DNA of 46,088 nt from a virus. Its lineage: Duplodnaviria; Caudoviricetes. The stretch's first letter is position 1, and the number at the start of each line of letters is the position of its first letter. Under the pieces are notes generated by a model, which did no database searches, had not been told where the DNA came from, and saw only the letters and a list, made by a program, of their open reading frames with translations. Location: positions 1 to 46,088 of IMG/VR virus record IMGVR_UViG_3300030397_000595. The stretch is one strand, 5' to 3'. Made by a program: the position numbers and the translations under genes. This document shows, piece after piece, positions 1 to 8,297 of this stretch.

Positions 1-15
1 TTCCCAGTCACGATC
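1..15 (+). other. Untrimmed random-amplification primer remnant (technical artefact)
   Basis: TTCCCAGTCACGATC at the contig start matches the 3' 15 nt of the Round A/B primer GTTTCCCAGTCACGATC (M13-derived). Confidence 0.75.
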
Positions 16-53
16 GGGGAGGGGATCAAGTAAAACTGTTTAAGATGAACACG

Positions 54-87
54 AAAAAAACAGCGACCTTGAAACAAGGTCGCTGTT
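54..87 (-). terminator. Intrinsic terminator
   Basis: 13-bp perfect stem AACAGCGACCTTG-aaa-CAAGGTCGCTGTT with an A-run on the left, i.e. a U-tract on the - strand. Confidence 0.7.
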
Positions 88-438
88 GGAGAAAAAAATG
101 ATACACGTACCAGTCGCAGAATGTGAATCACTTCGTTGAATGATAGCATATTTGTTGATTTATGCTTTCAGTTGATTCGATTTGAGTATAACCTATTACG
201 TAAAATAAAAATTACAGAGGTGCTAGCGCACCTCTGCTAGTTAAAGTATATGCTCCGCAGGTTTTAGTAAGGAAGCCTGAAATGTGTTCAGGCTTTTATG
301 AGTGTCGCGTTCGATTTGCTACGCATTTTGTATTTTTATATTTGGTTTTTTACTTTTAATGGTTACTTTAATAGCTACAACAACAATAACTATAACAATA
401 ACTATTACCATAACCGCTGGAATAGTGAGAGCCTACCG

Positions 439-789
439 CTATTTTCTTATGAGATACCCAACAAAAAATCCGATGGCACATAGGGCGATAAATGTAAGAG
501 AACCAACAAGTATCCCTAATCCTATGCCTAAAAGCGAACCAGCCATTATCAATGTGCCGACATGATAACTAACATCTTTTCGAGTTTTCTTTCTACAATA
601 AGGGCATATGGTTGCGCGGCTGTCTATTTCTTTGTAACAGTAAGGGCAATTAGCGACACTAATTTTTTCGGTTATTTTTTCTGGTTGAGTCGGTTTGATC
701 CCCTTTTTACATATAGTACAAAATAATGCGTCTTTTGGATTTATTCCTTCACAGTGGGGACATAGAGCAATTTCGTTTGTATTTTTCAT
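439..789 (-). CDS. Double zinc-ribbon membrane protein
   Basis: CPHC..CTIC and CPYC..CPYC pairs followed by two C-terminal hydrophobic helices. Confidence 0.7.
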   Translation of the reverse strand: MKNTNEIALCPHCEGINPKDALFCTICKKGIKPTQPEKITEKISVANCPYCYKEIDSRATICPYCRKKTRKDVSYHVGTLIMAGSLLGIGLGILVGSLTFIALCAIGFFVGYLIRK

Positions 790-830
790 GGTAGTTCACA
801 ATTTGAAAAATTTTATTTTTGCCGATTTCC

Positions 831-859
831 TTGACGTACCGTGCGGCACGTGGTAGCCT
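831..859 (+). promoter_or_regulatory. Sigma70-type promoter with a palindromic spacer (candidate operator)
   Basis: TTGACG-17 bp-TAGCCT with a TGn extended -10. The spacer holds CGTGC-G-GCACG. AGGAGG RBS at 878-883 precedes the ATG at 892. Confidence 0.55.
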
Positions 860-891
860 TCGTCCTAATCTGAATTTAGGAGGCTAATAAT

Positions 892-1086
892 ATGGCAAGG
901 CAACCACGAATAAGTGTAACTGTCTCACTTGAAGTGCATGATTCTTTGCAGGAATACGCGGATAGTGCCAATCGGACATTATCTAATTATTGTTCGCTTG
1001 TTTTGGCTGAGCATTGCAAGACTATGTCTCTTCGTGATGTTGATGTTGATACAGTTGAGCTTGTTCATTCAGTTGTTGATAACTAA
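892..1086 (+). CDS. Ribbon-helix-helix (Arc/CopG-like) regulator
   Basis: Beta strand RISVTVS, then helix-helix pattern LQEYADSANRTLSNYCSLVL; strong RBS. Confidence 0.7.
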   Translation: MARQPRISVTVSLEVHDSLQEYADSANRTLSNYCSLVLAEHCKTMSLRDVDVDTVELVHSVVDN

Positions 1087-1130
1087 AAGCCTCGGCGGGC
1101 TGTCAACCTTACGCCGAGGCTTCTTTGTTT
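1087..1130 (+). terminator. Intrinsic terminator after the RHH gene
   Basis: AAGCCTCGGCG / CGCCGAGGCTT stem followed by CTTTGTTT. Confidence 0.65.
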
Positions 1131-1167
1131 CTTACCTTAATAATCGAATAATTATTAAAGTAATTAG

Positions 1168-1216
1168 TGGGCGATACAAGACTTGAACTTGTGACCTCTA
1201 CGATGTCAACGTAGCG
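1168..1216 (-). other. 3' portion of tRNA-Val(GAC), probable att core
   Basis: The - strand reads CTACG-TTGACAT-CGTAG (anticodon arm, GAC), AGGTC, ACAAG-TTCAAGT-CTTGT (T arm), ATCGCCC-A. The D arm and 5' acceptor strand are missing. It lies about 20 bp past the integrase stop. Confidence 0.85.
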
Positions 1217-1234
1217 GTCATAACGCCATAATTG

Positions 1235-2260
1235 CTACCATGGGTCGAATTGAAGTCCTGTGTTGCGGGCCGCCTTCTCGATTTCTTCCCAATTGATTTC
1301 GTCATAGTTTTGGGTGGATTCAAGCTTATCGTGATCTAGTAAAGCTTGTGTCATTTCAATACCTACTAGCTGGCGGCTTCGGTGAACCTTCGCGCCTCGT
1401 ATTGCATATGATCGATGGTTAGGTAGATTGTATTGATCGCACTTACGGGCGATCATGTCACTGATTGTTTGTGTTTTGGCCGGGAGTGGTGTTTGCCCCC
1501 TTCTCCAACTGATTATGGCAAATTCTTCAGTTACTTTTCCTTTGTCTGGTCGCGCACTGTTCCATATGCGCCATATGTCTGCTGTTGGCTGTGTGAAGAA
1601 ACGATCTCTATCTTCCGTCTTTCCAAACATAGTGAGCAGGTAAACTTGTTGCTGAGCATTAATTGCGTCGTTGATGGTTTTTGTACCTAATTTACAGAGT
1701 TCTCCTACACGGGCCCCGGTTTCATATAGAAACATCAGAATGAACAAGTCACGAATCATTAGTATTTGTGTGGCGTTGGGCGTTTTATTTATTTCTGGCT
1801 GACCGAATATGTTTTTGAAGATGATATTGTTCTTCTTTAGTTGTTTGGCTAGCACATTAATGAGTATTAGTGTGTTTTTGTCCACTTGGTCTAGCTTTTT
1901 TTTCTTATGTTGTCGGCGAGGCCGCTTTTTGATTCGCTTTATGTTGATTGCCAGATCGGTGTGAGTGAGTTCGTTTTCTTTAAGCCACGCACAGAATTGG
2001 CGAATGTCGCCGATTTTGGTACGCATTGTTTCAGCTGAGTATCGTCGCCAACAGGCTTCTATATAATCTTTGATTATGCTGGGGGTAGCTGAAAAAAAGT
2101 CTTCTGGCAAAGGTAAGTTACGCAAGTTGTACAACATGCGTGTAACGGTGTGGGGAGATAAGCCCATAATGTAGAGCTTGAATTCTAAGTATTTTTTTAC
2201 AGTGATTAAATGGGGAGTTTTTTGAGGGTTAGCCAAAAACACCCGTAATTGTCGATCCAT
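1235..2260 (-). CDS. int: Tyrosine recombinase/integrase
   Basis: Core-binding N-terminal domain; ETGARVGEL (catalytic R), FGKTE (K), YAIR (HxxR variant), LLDH and TQNY (catalytic Y). Confidence 0.9.
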   Translation of the reverse strand: MDRQLRVFLANPQKTPHLITVKKYLEFKLYIMGLSPHTVTRMLYNLRNLPLPEDFFSATPSIIKDYIEACWRRYSAETMRTKIGDIRQFCAWLKENELTHTDLAINIKRIKKRPRRQHKKKKLDQVDKNTLILINVLAKQLKKNNIIFKNIFGQPEINKTPNATQILMIRDLFILMFLYETGARVGELCKLGTKTINDAINAQQQVYLLTMFGKTEDRDRFFTQPTADIWRIWNSARPDKGKVTEEFAIISWRRGQTPLPAKTQTISDMIARKCDQYNLPNHRSYAIRGAKVHRSRQLVGIEMTQALLDHDKLESTQNYDEINWEEIEKAARNTGLQFDPW

Positions 2261-2431
2261 TTGTTTAGAGCATTGTTGGTTTTTGATGCCCTGCCATTAA
2301 CACCCTCAAAAGTTAATGGTGGTTTTCATCAAGGGAGTGTGCCACGAACACACTCTCTTTTATTCTAAAAGTTTTTCGAGTTGGTTTCAATTAGAGTTTT
2401 GTTTGAGTGTTTCATATGGAGGAAATGTTTT

Positions 2432-2719
2432 ATGCAGAAACCTATGTATTACGTCAGCTTGTTAGATGTAGCACAATTGTTTGAAGACCTGCCTTATCCA
2501 GAGTTGTTTTGCATGTTGGTGAAACGGGAACTACCTCATGTTGTGTTCAGCGTTGGCGAAGTTTCTTTGCGTTACTTGCTTTATGAGGATTTGCTTACGA
2601 TAGTCAAGACGATTCAGGCGAAGGGTTACAGATTAAGGACTTCAGTGCAAGTTGCTAGGGGAAGACGCGATAAGATGTTTCTCCCTACCCCGATAAGGTA
2701 TTCTTGTGCTGTCGCTTGA
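2432..2719 (+). CDS. Hypothetical protein, possibly excisionase-like
   Basis: ATG at 2432 with GGAGG RBS, divergent from int; pattern SLLDVAQLF...VKRELP. Confidence 0.45.
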   Translation: MQKPMYYVSLLDVAQLFEDLPYPELFCMLVKRELPHVVFSVGEVSLRYLLYEDLLTIVKTIQAKGYRLRTSVQVARGRRDKMFLPTPIRYSCAVA

Positions 2720-3488
2720 GAACATTGAATTTGTCCGATCATTGAAAGGCCCGGCCGCTAGCGTTTTTTTGGCCTTAATGTTGAGTGGTAGTTCAATGAC
2801 AAAAAAAGAGTTGTGCTTAGCTACGAACTACACAGACAAGCCGGTAGCTGGTGCATTGGAGTTGCTGGCTTTGCGGGGGGTAGTTCAGAATCGGGGCGGG
2901 TATCAAGGTTGGGTGCTTAGTGATGGGGCTGTACAGCTACCGATGTTTACCAGCAGTCAGTTGACAAGTCCTTCTGTGGATAACTTTGTGGAAAAAGATC
3001 GGAAACTTTCCGACAAACCTAGTCTTACTACTACTACAAGTAATGATCTTTTAAAAGATAATGATAGTAGTAGTAGTAAAGTACAGTCACTGGATAAAGG
3101 TCGGAAACTTTCCGACAAATCTGATGAGTCTGACGAATTTGTGGATAAGTCTGTGGATAAGGACACAGTTCCAACGGGTTTGAGGGATTTACTTGTTTGG
3201 ATGGGCGTGGGTGTCATGTCTCCCGCACTACAGCGATTATTGACCATTGATCATGTGACCTACAGTTATGTGTTGCCGTTTGCCTTGGATCGTGTGGCTC
3301 GGCTTTCGATGGTTAAGGGGAATCCATCTGCCCGTGATTTGTACGAAATGCGCTTGTCTGTTGGTTTGTATTTACGTCAGATTGAAGATTATGACGATCC
3401 CCCTCCCCTTCGATGTTCTAAGGGTGGCGATCATATTTACTACTTGGTAGACGAATGTGTGCCATGTATGTATAGGATTCAAAGGTGA
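2706..3488 (+). CDS. Phage replication initiator (N-terminal wHTH, internal origin)
   Basis: wHTH-like MTKKELCLATNYTDKPVAGALELL, then a low-complexity linker encoded by repeats and DnaA boxes, as in lambda O-type initiators. Confidence 0.65.
   Translation: MLSLENIEFVRSLKGPAASVFLALMLSGSSMTKKELCLATNYTDKPVAGALELLALRGVVQNRGGYQGWVLSDGAVQLPMFTSSQLTSPSVDNFVEKDRKLSDKPSLTTTTSNDLLKDNDSSSSKVQSLDKGRKLSDKSDESDEFVDKSVDKDTVPTGLRDLLVWMGVGVMSPALQRLLTIDHVTYSYVLPFALDRVARLSMVKGNPSARDLYEMRLSVGLYLRQIEDYDDPPPLRCSKGGDHIYYLVDECVPCMYRIQR
2975..3160. repeat. Putative replication origin: DnaA boxes plus iterons
   Basis: TGTGGATAA at 2975, 3140 and 3152, and TGTGGAAAA at 2987. 19-bp direct repeat TCGGAAACTTTCCGACAAA at 2999 and 3101. 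TTACTACTACTA / TAGTAGTAGTAA inverted repeat around an AT-rich spacer. Confidence 0.75.
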
Positions 3489-3491
3489 TTT

Positions 3492-3890
3492 ATGTCCGTT
3501 CCTATGATTGATCAATTACGTGTTCAACGACAGGCTTTGTTGGAGGAGTTAATACCACTGTTAGGTCTTCGCTCACAGGGAGGTCAAGTGACACCGCCCG
3601 GTACAGTTGTACGAATATACGAGATTCAAGAAGCTATGAGAGAGTTGGACATGAAACTCCGCTTTGTGTCAGTGGCGTCACCTGTGGTGGTTTGTGTGGG
3701 TTGCCCTCAATGTACGCTCGGCTTCAAGCTAGTTTCTAATACCGATAATGTTTTGCTGAGCGAGGACGGTATCAGGTTGGTTTATGACGTTCGTTGTGCT
3801 TGGTGCAACAGGCATTTGTTGGCCGGGTTGGCATTGGAAATTGTAGAAGATTGTCGGGATATGCGTGTTTCTACAGAAAAACTTCAGTAG
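3492..3890 (+). CDS. Hypothetical protein with C-terminal CxxC pairs
   Basis: Coiled N-terminus, CPQC..CAWC; starts 3 bp after the initiator gene. Confidence 0.6.
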   Translation: MSVPMIDQLRVQRQALLEELIPLLGLRSQGGQVTPPGTVVRIYEIQEAMRELDMKLRFVSVASPVVVCVGCPQCTLGFKLVSNTDNVLLSEDGIRLVYDVRCAWCNRHLLAGLALEIVEDCRDMRVSTEKLQ

Positions 3891-4104
3891 GAGGTATTTG
3901 CTTATGGTTACTTGTGGGGGCCTTAGTAGTTTGCTGTTCGTTTCAGTTGAACATTCAGCTGAAGAATGTAGCAGAGGCCAATCTTGATTTGATTGGCCTC
4001 TAGGGAAGTGATGAGTTCAGTCTTTGTGGCAAAAGGCTGAACACTGTGGCAGGGAGGATTATAACATAAATCCCCCTGCCCTATAGGTATATAGGTAAAG
4101 AGTT

Positions 4105-4881
4105 ATGTCTACAGTTCTTAGTGTTATTAATAGTCCCGGCCGGGTAATTGCGGCTGTGCTGGCATTTGGTGTTTTCGTTTTTATAACGGGATTGAATGCT
4201 GTTTTTACATTTACATATGGTATGGATGTTGTTGGGGCTTTTTTGCTGACTTCGGCGTTGAGTGAATCAGCTAGCATGATAGTTTCCGGCGTGGTGTCTT
4301 TATTCTTTTTTGATGTTGCCTACCTAGTTGGCTTTATCGTCATCTTGATGGCGTGTGACTCGGTTTGGCAATATGGCATTGTGATGTTGCAAGTAACTAA
4401 CTGCTTAATATTGAGCATTGTGGCTAGCGTTGTGAGCATCATCATTTTGTCCCCATTAGGTGATGTTTTGCCTTCGCTAGCAATTGAGGTTGCACGTTAT
4501 TTGGGTTATGCGGGTTTGATTTGGGGGTTCATTGTTAATGTGTTTTCAGGCATGGGTTATATTGCGACTTCGCCGAAAGTGTTTGCCGCCATTCGTAAGT
4601 CAATGTTTGAGGCTACTCGTGCGGCGAATGAGATCGCACTTGATTGGAAGATTGAATATGAGACTAACCGATTAACTTTTCAACAAGTTTCATTGGAAAC
4701 TCCAACTATGGCACGTTCTCTTTCTGCTGATGCTGTAGCACAATGGAAAGCACGTCACGGTCAGACTTATCAATTAGCTGAATCGACAGGGCCAACCGCC
4801 CCTATCCCTTCCTCCTCAACTTCTTCATCAACAGTTAGCAATGGTATTACAGCTAGTTCGCCAGCATTGGGAAACGCCTAA
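4105..4881 (+). CDS. Four-TM membrane protein with Ser/Thr-rich tail
   Basis: Four long hydrophobic segments, then a soluble helix. Ends at a G GGA AAC slippery site. Confidence 0.75.
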   Translation: MSTVLSVINSPGRVIAAVLAFGVFVFITGLNAVFTFTYGMDVVGAFLLTSALSESASMIVSGVVSLFFFDVAYLVGFIVILMACDSVWQYGIVMLQVTNCLILSIVASVVSIIILSPLGDVLPSLAIEVARYLGYAGLIWGFIVNVFSGMGYIATSPKVFAAIRKSMFEATRAANEIALDWKIEYETNRLTFQQVSLETPTMARSLSADAVAQWKARHGQTYQLAESTGPTAPIPSSSTSSSTVSNGITASSPALGNA

Positions 4882-5195
4882 GTGACTACACCTGCGTCGT
4901 TTGCCTAACTTCCATTAGTGGATTGTCAGGCAAACGACGTACTGGATCGCCCGCATGTCGTCAGGCTCTTTATCGCTTTCGTCGGAGTATTCGGAAAGAA
5001 AAGGGACTAACAGGTGTGGGCGATCCCTATGGATGTGTAACATGCGGAGGATCGCTTATGGGTCAACGCTTTGATGAACATACATGTTGCGATTGGTGTC
5101 GCAAAAGATTGAGCCGTTGGCGGCAAAAGCGCCGGAACCGTTCATTACATGTTTGCTCTGGTGTAGTCAGGCATCGTGTCACAGTTACAGCTTGA
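4869..5195 (+). CDS. Tandem zinc-finger domain, probably reached by -1 frameshift from 4105..4881
   Basis: The -1 frame is open from 4857 and encodes CVVC..GSPACR and CVTC..CCDWCR. The first CxxC lies upstream of the first start codon (TTG 4923). Confidence 0.55.
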   Translation, partial: GKRLSDYTCVVCLTSISGLSGKRRTGSPACRQALYRFRRSIRKEKGLTGVGDPYGCVTCGGSLMGQRFDEHTCCDWCRKRLSRWRQKRRNRSLHVCSGVVRHRVTVTA

Positions 5196-5224
5196 AATTG
5201 TAACGCTTTGTTAGGAGGATTTTT

Positions 5225-5542
5225 ATGCCAAAACGGTGGCTCGTTCTTATCGTTTTATGGATTCTTTGTATTCTGAGTTGGTTTTTAACTTTGTGGTTAG
5301 GTGCTCCATTGTTCCGTGAGATAGCTGTCGCGGTTGTGAACCAGACAGTTATTGTTAAAGACCCGTCTGCGGCATTTCAGTACGCATTGGGGCTTTCAGT
5401 GATATTTAGTGTTTTGCTACTGATCGGAATTGTTGCGTCTGTTGTTGGTGGTGGCTTGGTTTGGTTGTCGTTGCCTGTTCCAGAAGGTAGAGAGGGTGGG
5501 GTAACGATACTAACGCTCGATGATGGGGGTAGTAATGGTTGA
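5225..5542 (+). CDS. Two-TM membrane protein
   Basis: AGGAGG RBS and two hydrophobic helices. Confidence 0.7.
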   Translation: MPKRWLVLIVLWILCILSWFLTLWLGAPLFREIAVAVVNQTVIVKDPSAAFQYALGLSVIFSVLLLIGIVASVVGGGLVWLSLPVPEGREGGVTILTLDDGGSNG

Positions 5543-5651
5543 TCCACGTTGGTCAGGGTTGTATTCAGGCTTTGTGTACTTACTTCATTTTTCCCGTCCT
5601 ATTAGCCCTAATCATATGAACTGGAAAAACTACTGGAGGTTTGAATGTTGA
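5535..5651 (+). pseudogene. Truncated GIY-YIG-like endonuclease N-terminus (38 aa)
   Basis: MVDPRWSGLYSGFVYLLHFSRPISPNH..., coupled to both neighbours. GFVYLLHF resembles the first GIY-YIG strand; the YIG motif is absent. Confidence 0.4.
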
Positions 5652-5980
5652 TTGTGAATTGTTACTCAGTTAAACGGGTTGGGCCATATGCACTAACGCT
5701 TGAATGTGATGGGTTTGATGTTGCGCTTGATGATGTTCCCGACACAGAACAAGGATGGTTTGAGGCGCATGTGATGTTGGGCAAAATGGCCCCTTATGCA
5801 GTGTATTTAGAATTTTGGATGACGCAGATTATGGATAGCCCTATCTGGTTTCCAGAAAACAGGCCAGCTAAGTATGCGGAGATCAAACGGAAAGCGGCTG
5901 AGTTTTGGGAGTTGCTTGAACAGGCGCGTAAGAACTACAAAGTCATGTTTAATCGTTCATTATTGTGGTTCCCCGCTTAA
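5645..5980 (+). CDS. Hypothetical protein
   Basis: GGAGG RBS; fits the operon. Confidence 0.6.
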   Translation: MLIVNCYSVKRVGPYALTLECDGFDVALDDVPDTEQGWFEAHVMLGKMAPYAVYLEFWMTQIMDSPIWFPENRPAKYAEIKRKAAEFWELLEQARKNYKVMFNRSLLWFPA

Positions 5981-5989
5981 GGAGTACAT

Positions 5990-6844
5990 ATGTCTTTACC
6001 TAGATACACGAAGTGGGATGACGTTCCTGAACACTTGAAAACTAAAACGAAGATAAACAAGATGGGCTTACGCTTGGCGCGTAATCAATCCCCGGCCGGG
6101 ATAAAAGCGGGGGGGTATGGCCCATTTTACTTATACGATGTTAGGCTGGCAGTTCCCAAACGTCAGCCGACTCAAAAGCAATTAGCGGCACTTGAAAAAG
6201 GTAGAGTTACGATGCGGCGCAATAGAGGTTGTCGTGAATGCTTTCGCTCATGGCGCGAGGCACGAATTGTAGATGGTGTATGTGTTATTTGTATACGCAA
6301 GCGGAATCATAGAATCGAGGCCATACGGCAAGCTCGTCAATGGTTAGCTGACCCTAAAGTGGTTTTGATCGATGTAGAGACGACAGGGTGGGATGGTGTT
6401 GTCATAGAGGCTTGTGTAGCCAATTGCCAGGGTGACATATTACTAGAACAGCGTTGGTATCCGTTACTGCCCATTGAGGATGGTGCATTTCGTGTGCATG
6501 GAATATCACTAACAGACTTAATGAAAGAACCTCATTTTCGAGATAGTTATATACCTTTGCGTGATTTACTTATCGGCCATACGGTTGTGGCTTATAACAA
6601 AAAATTCGAGTTAGAGCGATTAGCGATGACTTGTCTTTATGCCGAGATTGATGATTTCACACCGGGAATATCAGCTGAATGTCTTATGGAAGTGTATGCT
6701 GATTTTGTAGGAGATGACCCACCTAGACATGGGACATATCGTTATCGTTGGCAACGATTGCCCCATGGGGATCACTCAGCAAAAGGGGATGTGAACGCGA
6801 TGATTCAGTTACTAGAGCGATTAGCTAACATGGAGGAAGAATGA
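5990..6844 (+). CDS. DEDDh 3'-5' exonuclease (DnaQ-like) with basic/Zn N-terminal extension
   Basis: ExoI IDVETTG, VHGIS, ExoII AYNKKFE, ExoIII HSAKGD. Confidence 0.85.
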   Translation: MSLPRYTKWDDVPEHLKTKTKINKMGLRLARNQSPAGIKAGGYGPFYLYDVRLAVPKRQPTQKQLAALEKGRVTMRRNRGCRECFRSWREARIVDGVCVICIRKRNHRIEAIRQARQWLADPKVVLIDVETTGWDGVVIEACVANCQGDILLEQRWYPLLPIEDGAFRVHGISLTDLMKEPHFRDSYIPLRDLLIGHTVVAYNKKFELERLAMTCLYAEIDDFTPGISAECLMEVYADFVGDDPPRHGTYRYRWQRLPHGDHSAKGDVNAMIQLLERLANMEEE

Positions 6845-7350
6845 GCGGCCTTGATCTTGGTGTTTGTTGCGCCTGCGATGATAACGATGCAGTGAATGTT
6901 ATTTGTTTAGATTACCGTGCTCCAATAGCGGGTACAGGGTGGGGGTGTTTTCAATGTGATTTACCGATGGACGGGGCAATAGCCGTGTTGTGTGAACCAT
7001 GCCGGATTGAAGGCAACGCCATACGTTGGGTCGTTGTGGGCAACGTCGAAGATGGCGTTCGTCTTCTCGTTGATAGGCTAACCAAAATCCCCCTCGTACA
7101 TGACCTATCCCAACACCCTGAACTATTCCCCAAAAATAACCCGGCCGCGTTGCTAATGGTGTGGGATACCAGCCCGGATGCGGGTGAACATTGTCTGTGT
7201 TCATACTGTGGTGAAGCTATTATGGATTTACCCATCAGGATGTTTGTCGAGGGTGCGGGTGAGACCAAAGAGGTCAGGCTCCATGATTCGTGTTTGGGCG
7301 AGTATGGCGATTTGCACTGGAGTGATTTTCATGTTGACGGCGATGATTAA
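6841..7350 (+). CDS. Cys-rich (zinc-binding) hypothetical protein
   Basis: CCAC, CFQC, CEPC, CSYC..HDSC; ATGA overlap with the upstream gene. Confidence 0.65.
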   Translation: MSGLDLGVCCACDDNDAVNVICLDYRAPIAGTGWGCFQCDLPMDGAIAVLCEPCRIEGNAIRWVVVGNVEDGVRLLVDRLTKIPLVHDLSQHPELFPKNNPAALLMVWDTSPDAGEHCLCSYCGEAIMDLPIRMFVEGAGETKEVRLHDSCLGEYGDLHWSDFHVDGDD

Positions 7351-7444
7351 ACAGTTGATTGAAGGTTAGGACAAAAGATGTTTGTTTTCCCGGTTGGCAT
7401 CGTCAGTTTTGGCGCACCGGCCGGGCAACTCATTGGAGTAACCA

Positions 7445-7630
7445 ATGGTCAAATTGAGATTAGCAGGGCTACCTGCCGACGTAGAAAAAGTCACTGAGCA
7501 ACTCTACGACCTAGATTCACTTATGGTCGTTGATGTTTCAGCAGACTACCCCAATCGCGGAACCACAATGATGGTGCGTCGCTATGTCACCGTCAAATTA
7601 CTAAATTCAAAGGATACCAAACATGACTAA
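7445..7630 (+). CDS. Small hypothetical protein (DUF3970-like)
   Basis: VKLRLAGLPADVEK...SADYPNRG...RRYV pattern; GGAG RBS. Confidence 0.55.
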   Translation: MVKLRLAGLPADVEKVTEQLYDLDSLMVVDVSADYPNRGTTMMVRRYVTVKLLNSKDTKHD

Positions 7631-7817
7631 ACCACACTTCTTTTTAGGCATTTACTTTGGGGGTCGTATTCATGTACGTTTTGCGAAATCCCTTGTTGTA
7701 CACTCAGTTTCCCCAAGCCAACCTGAAAAAACGACCTGTGGAAAATCAACTGTAAAAGCAGACGGGACATTAAGCAATCGTGTTAATTGCAAAACTTGTT
7801 TAAGGGCAGGAGGTTAA
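7623..7817 (+). CDS. Small zinc-binding hypothetical protein
   Basis: H..TCG..VNCKTC motif; overlaps the upstream gene. Confidence 0.55.
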   Translation: MTKPHFFLGIYFGGRIHVRFAKSLVVHSVSPSQPEKTTCGKSTVKADGTLSNRVNCKTCLRAGG

Positions 7818-7820
7818 ATC

Positions 7821-8297
7821 ATGCCAACCTACGCCAACAAAACTAAAGTTAGTTCAGCTAGTTCGCGTGAGGAAATAGAACGCACCCTCTCCCGCTATGG
7901 AGCTAAATCCTTCATGTACGGATGGGAAGAAGATCGCGCCGTCGTCGGATTCAAATATAATGATCGCCTGATTCGTTTCGAGTTGCCTTTACCTAGCCTT
8001 ACTGAGTTTGAACGTACCCCAACGGGACGCCGACGCACAAGTAGAGAAGCTATAGAGAACGCTTATGAACAGGCTATTCGCCAGCGTTGGCGTTCACTTG
8101 CTTTAGCAATCAAAGCAAAATTAGAGATAGTTGAGTCCGATATTTCTACCTTTGAGGAAGAATTCTTATCCAAGACCGTCTTGCCCTCCGGCCAGACAGT
8201 TAGTGAATGGATGGAGCCACAAATCCAGACGGCCATTACAACAGGCGCAATGCCCACCTTGTTACTACCCGCCCCGGCCGGGAGCAAGCCCACATGA
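7821..8297 (+). CDS. Conserved phage hypothetical protein
   Basis: YANKTKVS..SREEIERTLSRYGA...RQRWRSLALAIKAKLE...TFEEEFL pattern, recognised from prophage early regions; GGAGG RBS. Confidence 0.7.
   Translation: MPTYANKTKVSSASSREEIERTLSRYGAKSFMYGWEEDRAVVGFKYNDRLIRFELPLPSLTEFERTPTGRRRTSREAIENAYEQAIRQRWRSLALAIKAKLEIVESDISTFEEEFLSKTVLPSGQTVSEWMEPQIQTAITTGAMPTLLLPAPAGSKPT

Noticed and set aside
319-441. TAG stop-codon reassignment
   Set aside because: Other TAG-ending genes abut the next start cleanly, and core genes are intact under code 11.
298-565. + strand ORFs with YNNNNY / TITITI repeats
   Set aside because: Low-complexity shadows of the hydrophobic - strand coding sequence; no RBS.
1168-1240. 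Complete tRNA-Val gene
   Set aside because: No D arm or 5' acceptor strand (GGGCGAT) upstream, so it is treated as an att fragment.
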